A stretch of DNA of 64,000 bases from Mizuhopecten yessoensis (Eukaryota). Where the stretch lies: assembly GCF_002113885.1 (NCBI RefSeq), contig NW_018406194.1, positions 7,718 through 71,717 on the forward strand, given 5' to 3'. Shown in pieces: positions 63,845-64,000 of the stretch. The notes under the pieces were generated by a model, which had not been told where the DNA came from, did not search any database, and saw only the letters and a program-made list of their open reading frames with translations. The translations under genes were made by a program, and so were the position numbers. Numbering within the stretch: position 1 is the first letter of the stretch; each line of letters starts with the position of its first letter.

Positions 63845-64000
63845 TAGCAGATTTGTCTGTTGTAAACTTAATTCATTTCACAAGAATTACGAAACAACTA
63901 TTTTCAGCGGAGTAACCAGAGAAAACCAACACGGTCTGGAAGATGACTGTATATTGTTTCACGTCCGACCAAGGGGTCATACCGTGGCAATCTATGTGAA
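63845..64000 (-). mobile_element. Degenerate V-domain SINE
   Basis: CGGAGTAACCAGAGAAAACC...TTTCACGTCCGACC is the reverse complement of the SINE body seen at 40055-40130. Confidence 0.5.

Overview
AT-rich eukaryotic (animal) genomic DNA from a gapped draft assembly. The repeat families present suggest a bivalve mollusc (inference). There are two protein-coding genes, both on the minus strand and both truncated by the window edges. (1) The first coding exon of an SLC1A/EAAT glutamate/neutral amino-acid transporter (1245-1699). (2) Eleven exons of an ANKRD13C orthologue (47593-63437), which I assembled by hand with consistent GT-AG sites and phases through to the stop codon. The rest is intronic or intergenic and is filled with more than 15 minisatellites, LINE remnants (L2/CR1, L1/Tx1), a Penelope-like element with a hammerhead ribozyme, a TIR-bounded mariner, MITEs, V-domain SINEs and Helentron-type non-autonomous elements. 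Most unusual signals: (a) three tandem arrays in ANKRD13C are amplified copies of its own exon-intron junctions, and one offers about 62 near-identical, in-frame, stop-free 5' splice sites; (b) several unrelated arrays share a YACAG|GT core; (c) a UGA-C stop in ANKRD13C is followed by 61 open in-frame codons (candidate readthrough); (d) a near-perfect array of about 33 x 84 bp. Most long ORFs in the supplied track are repeat artefacts.
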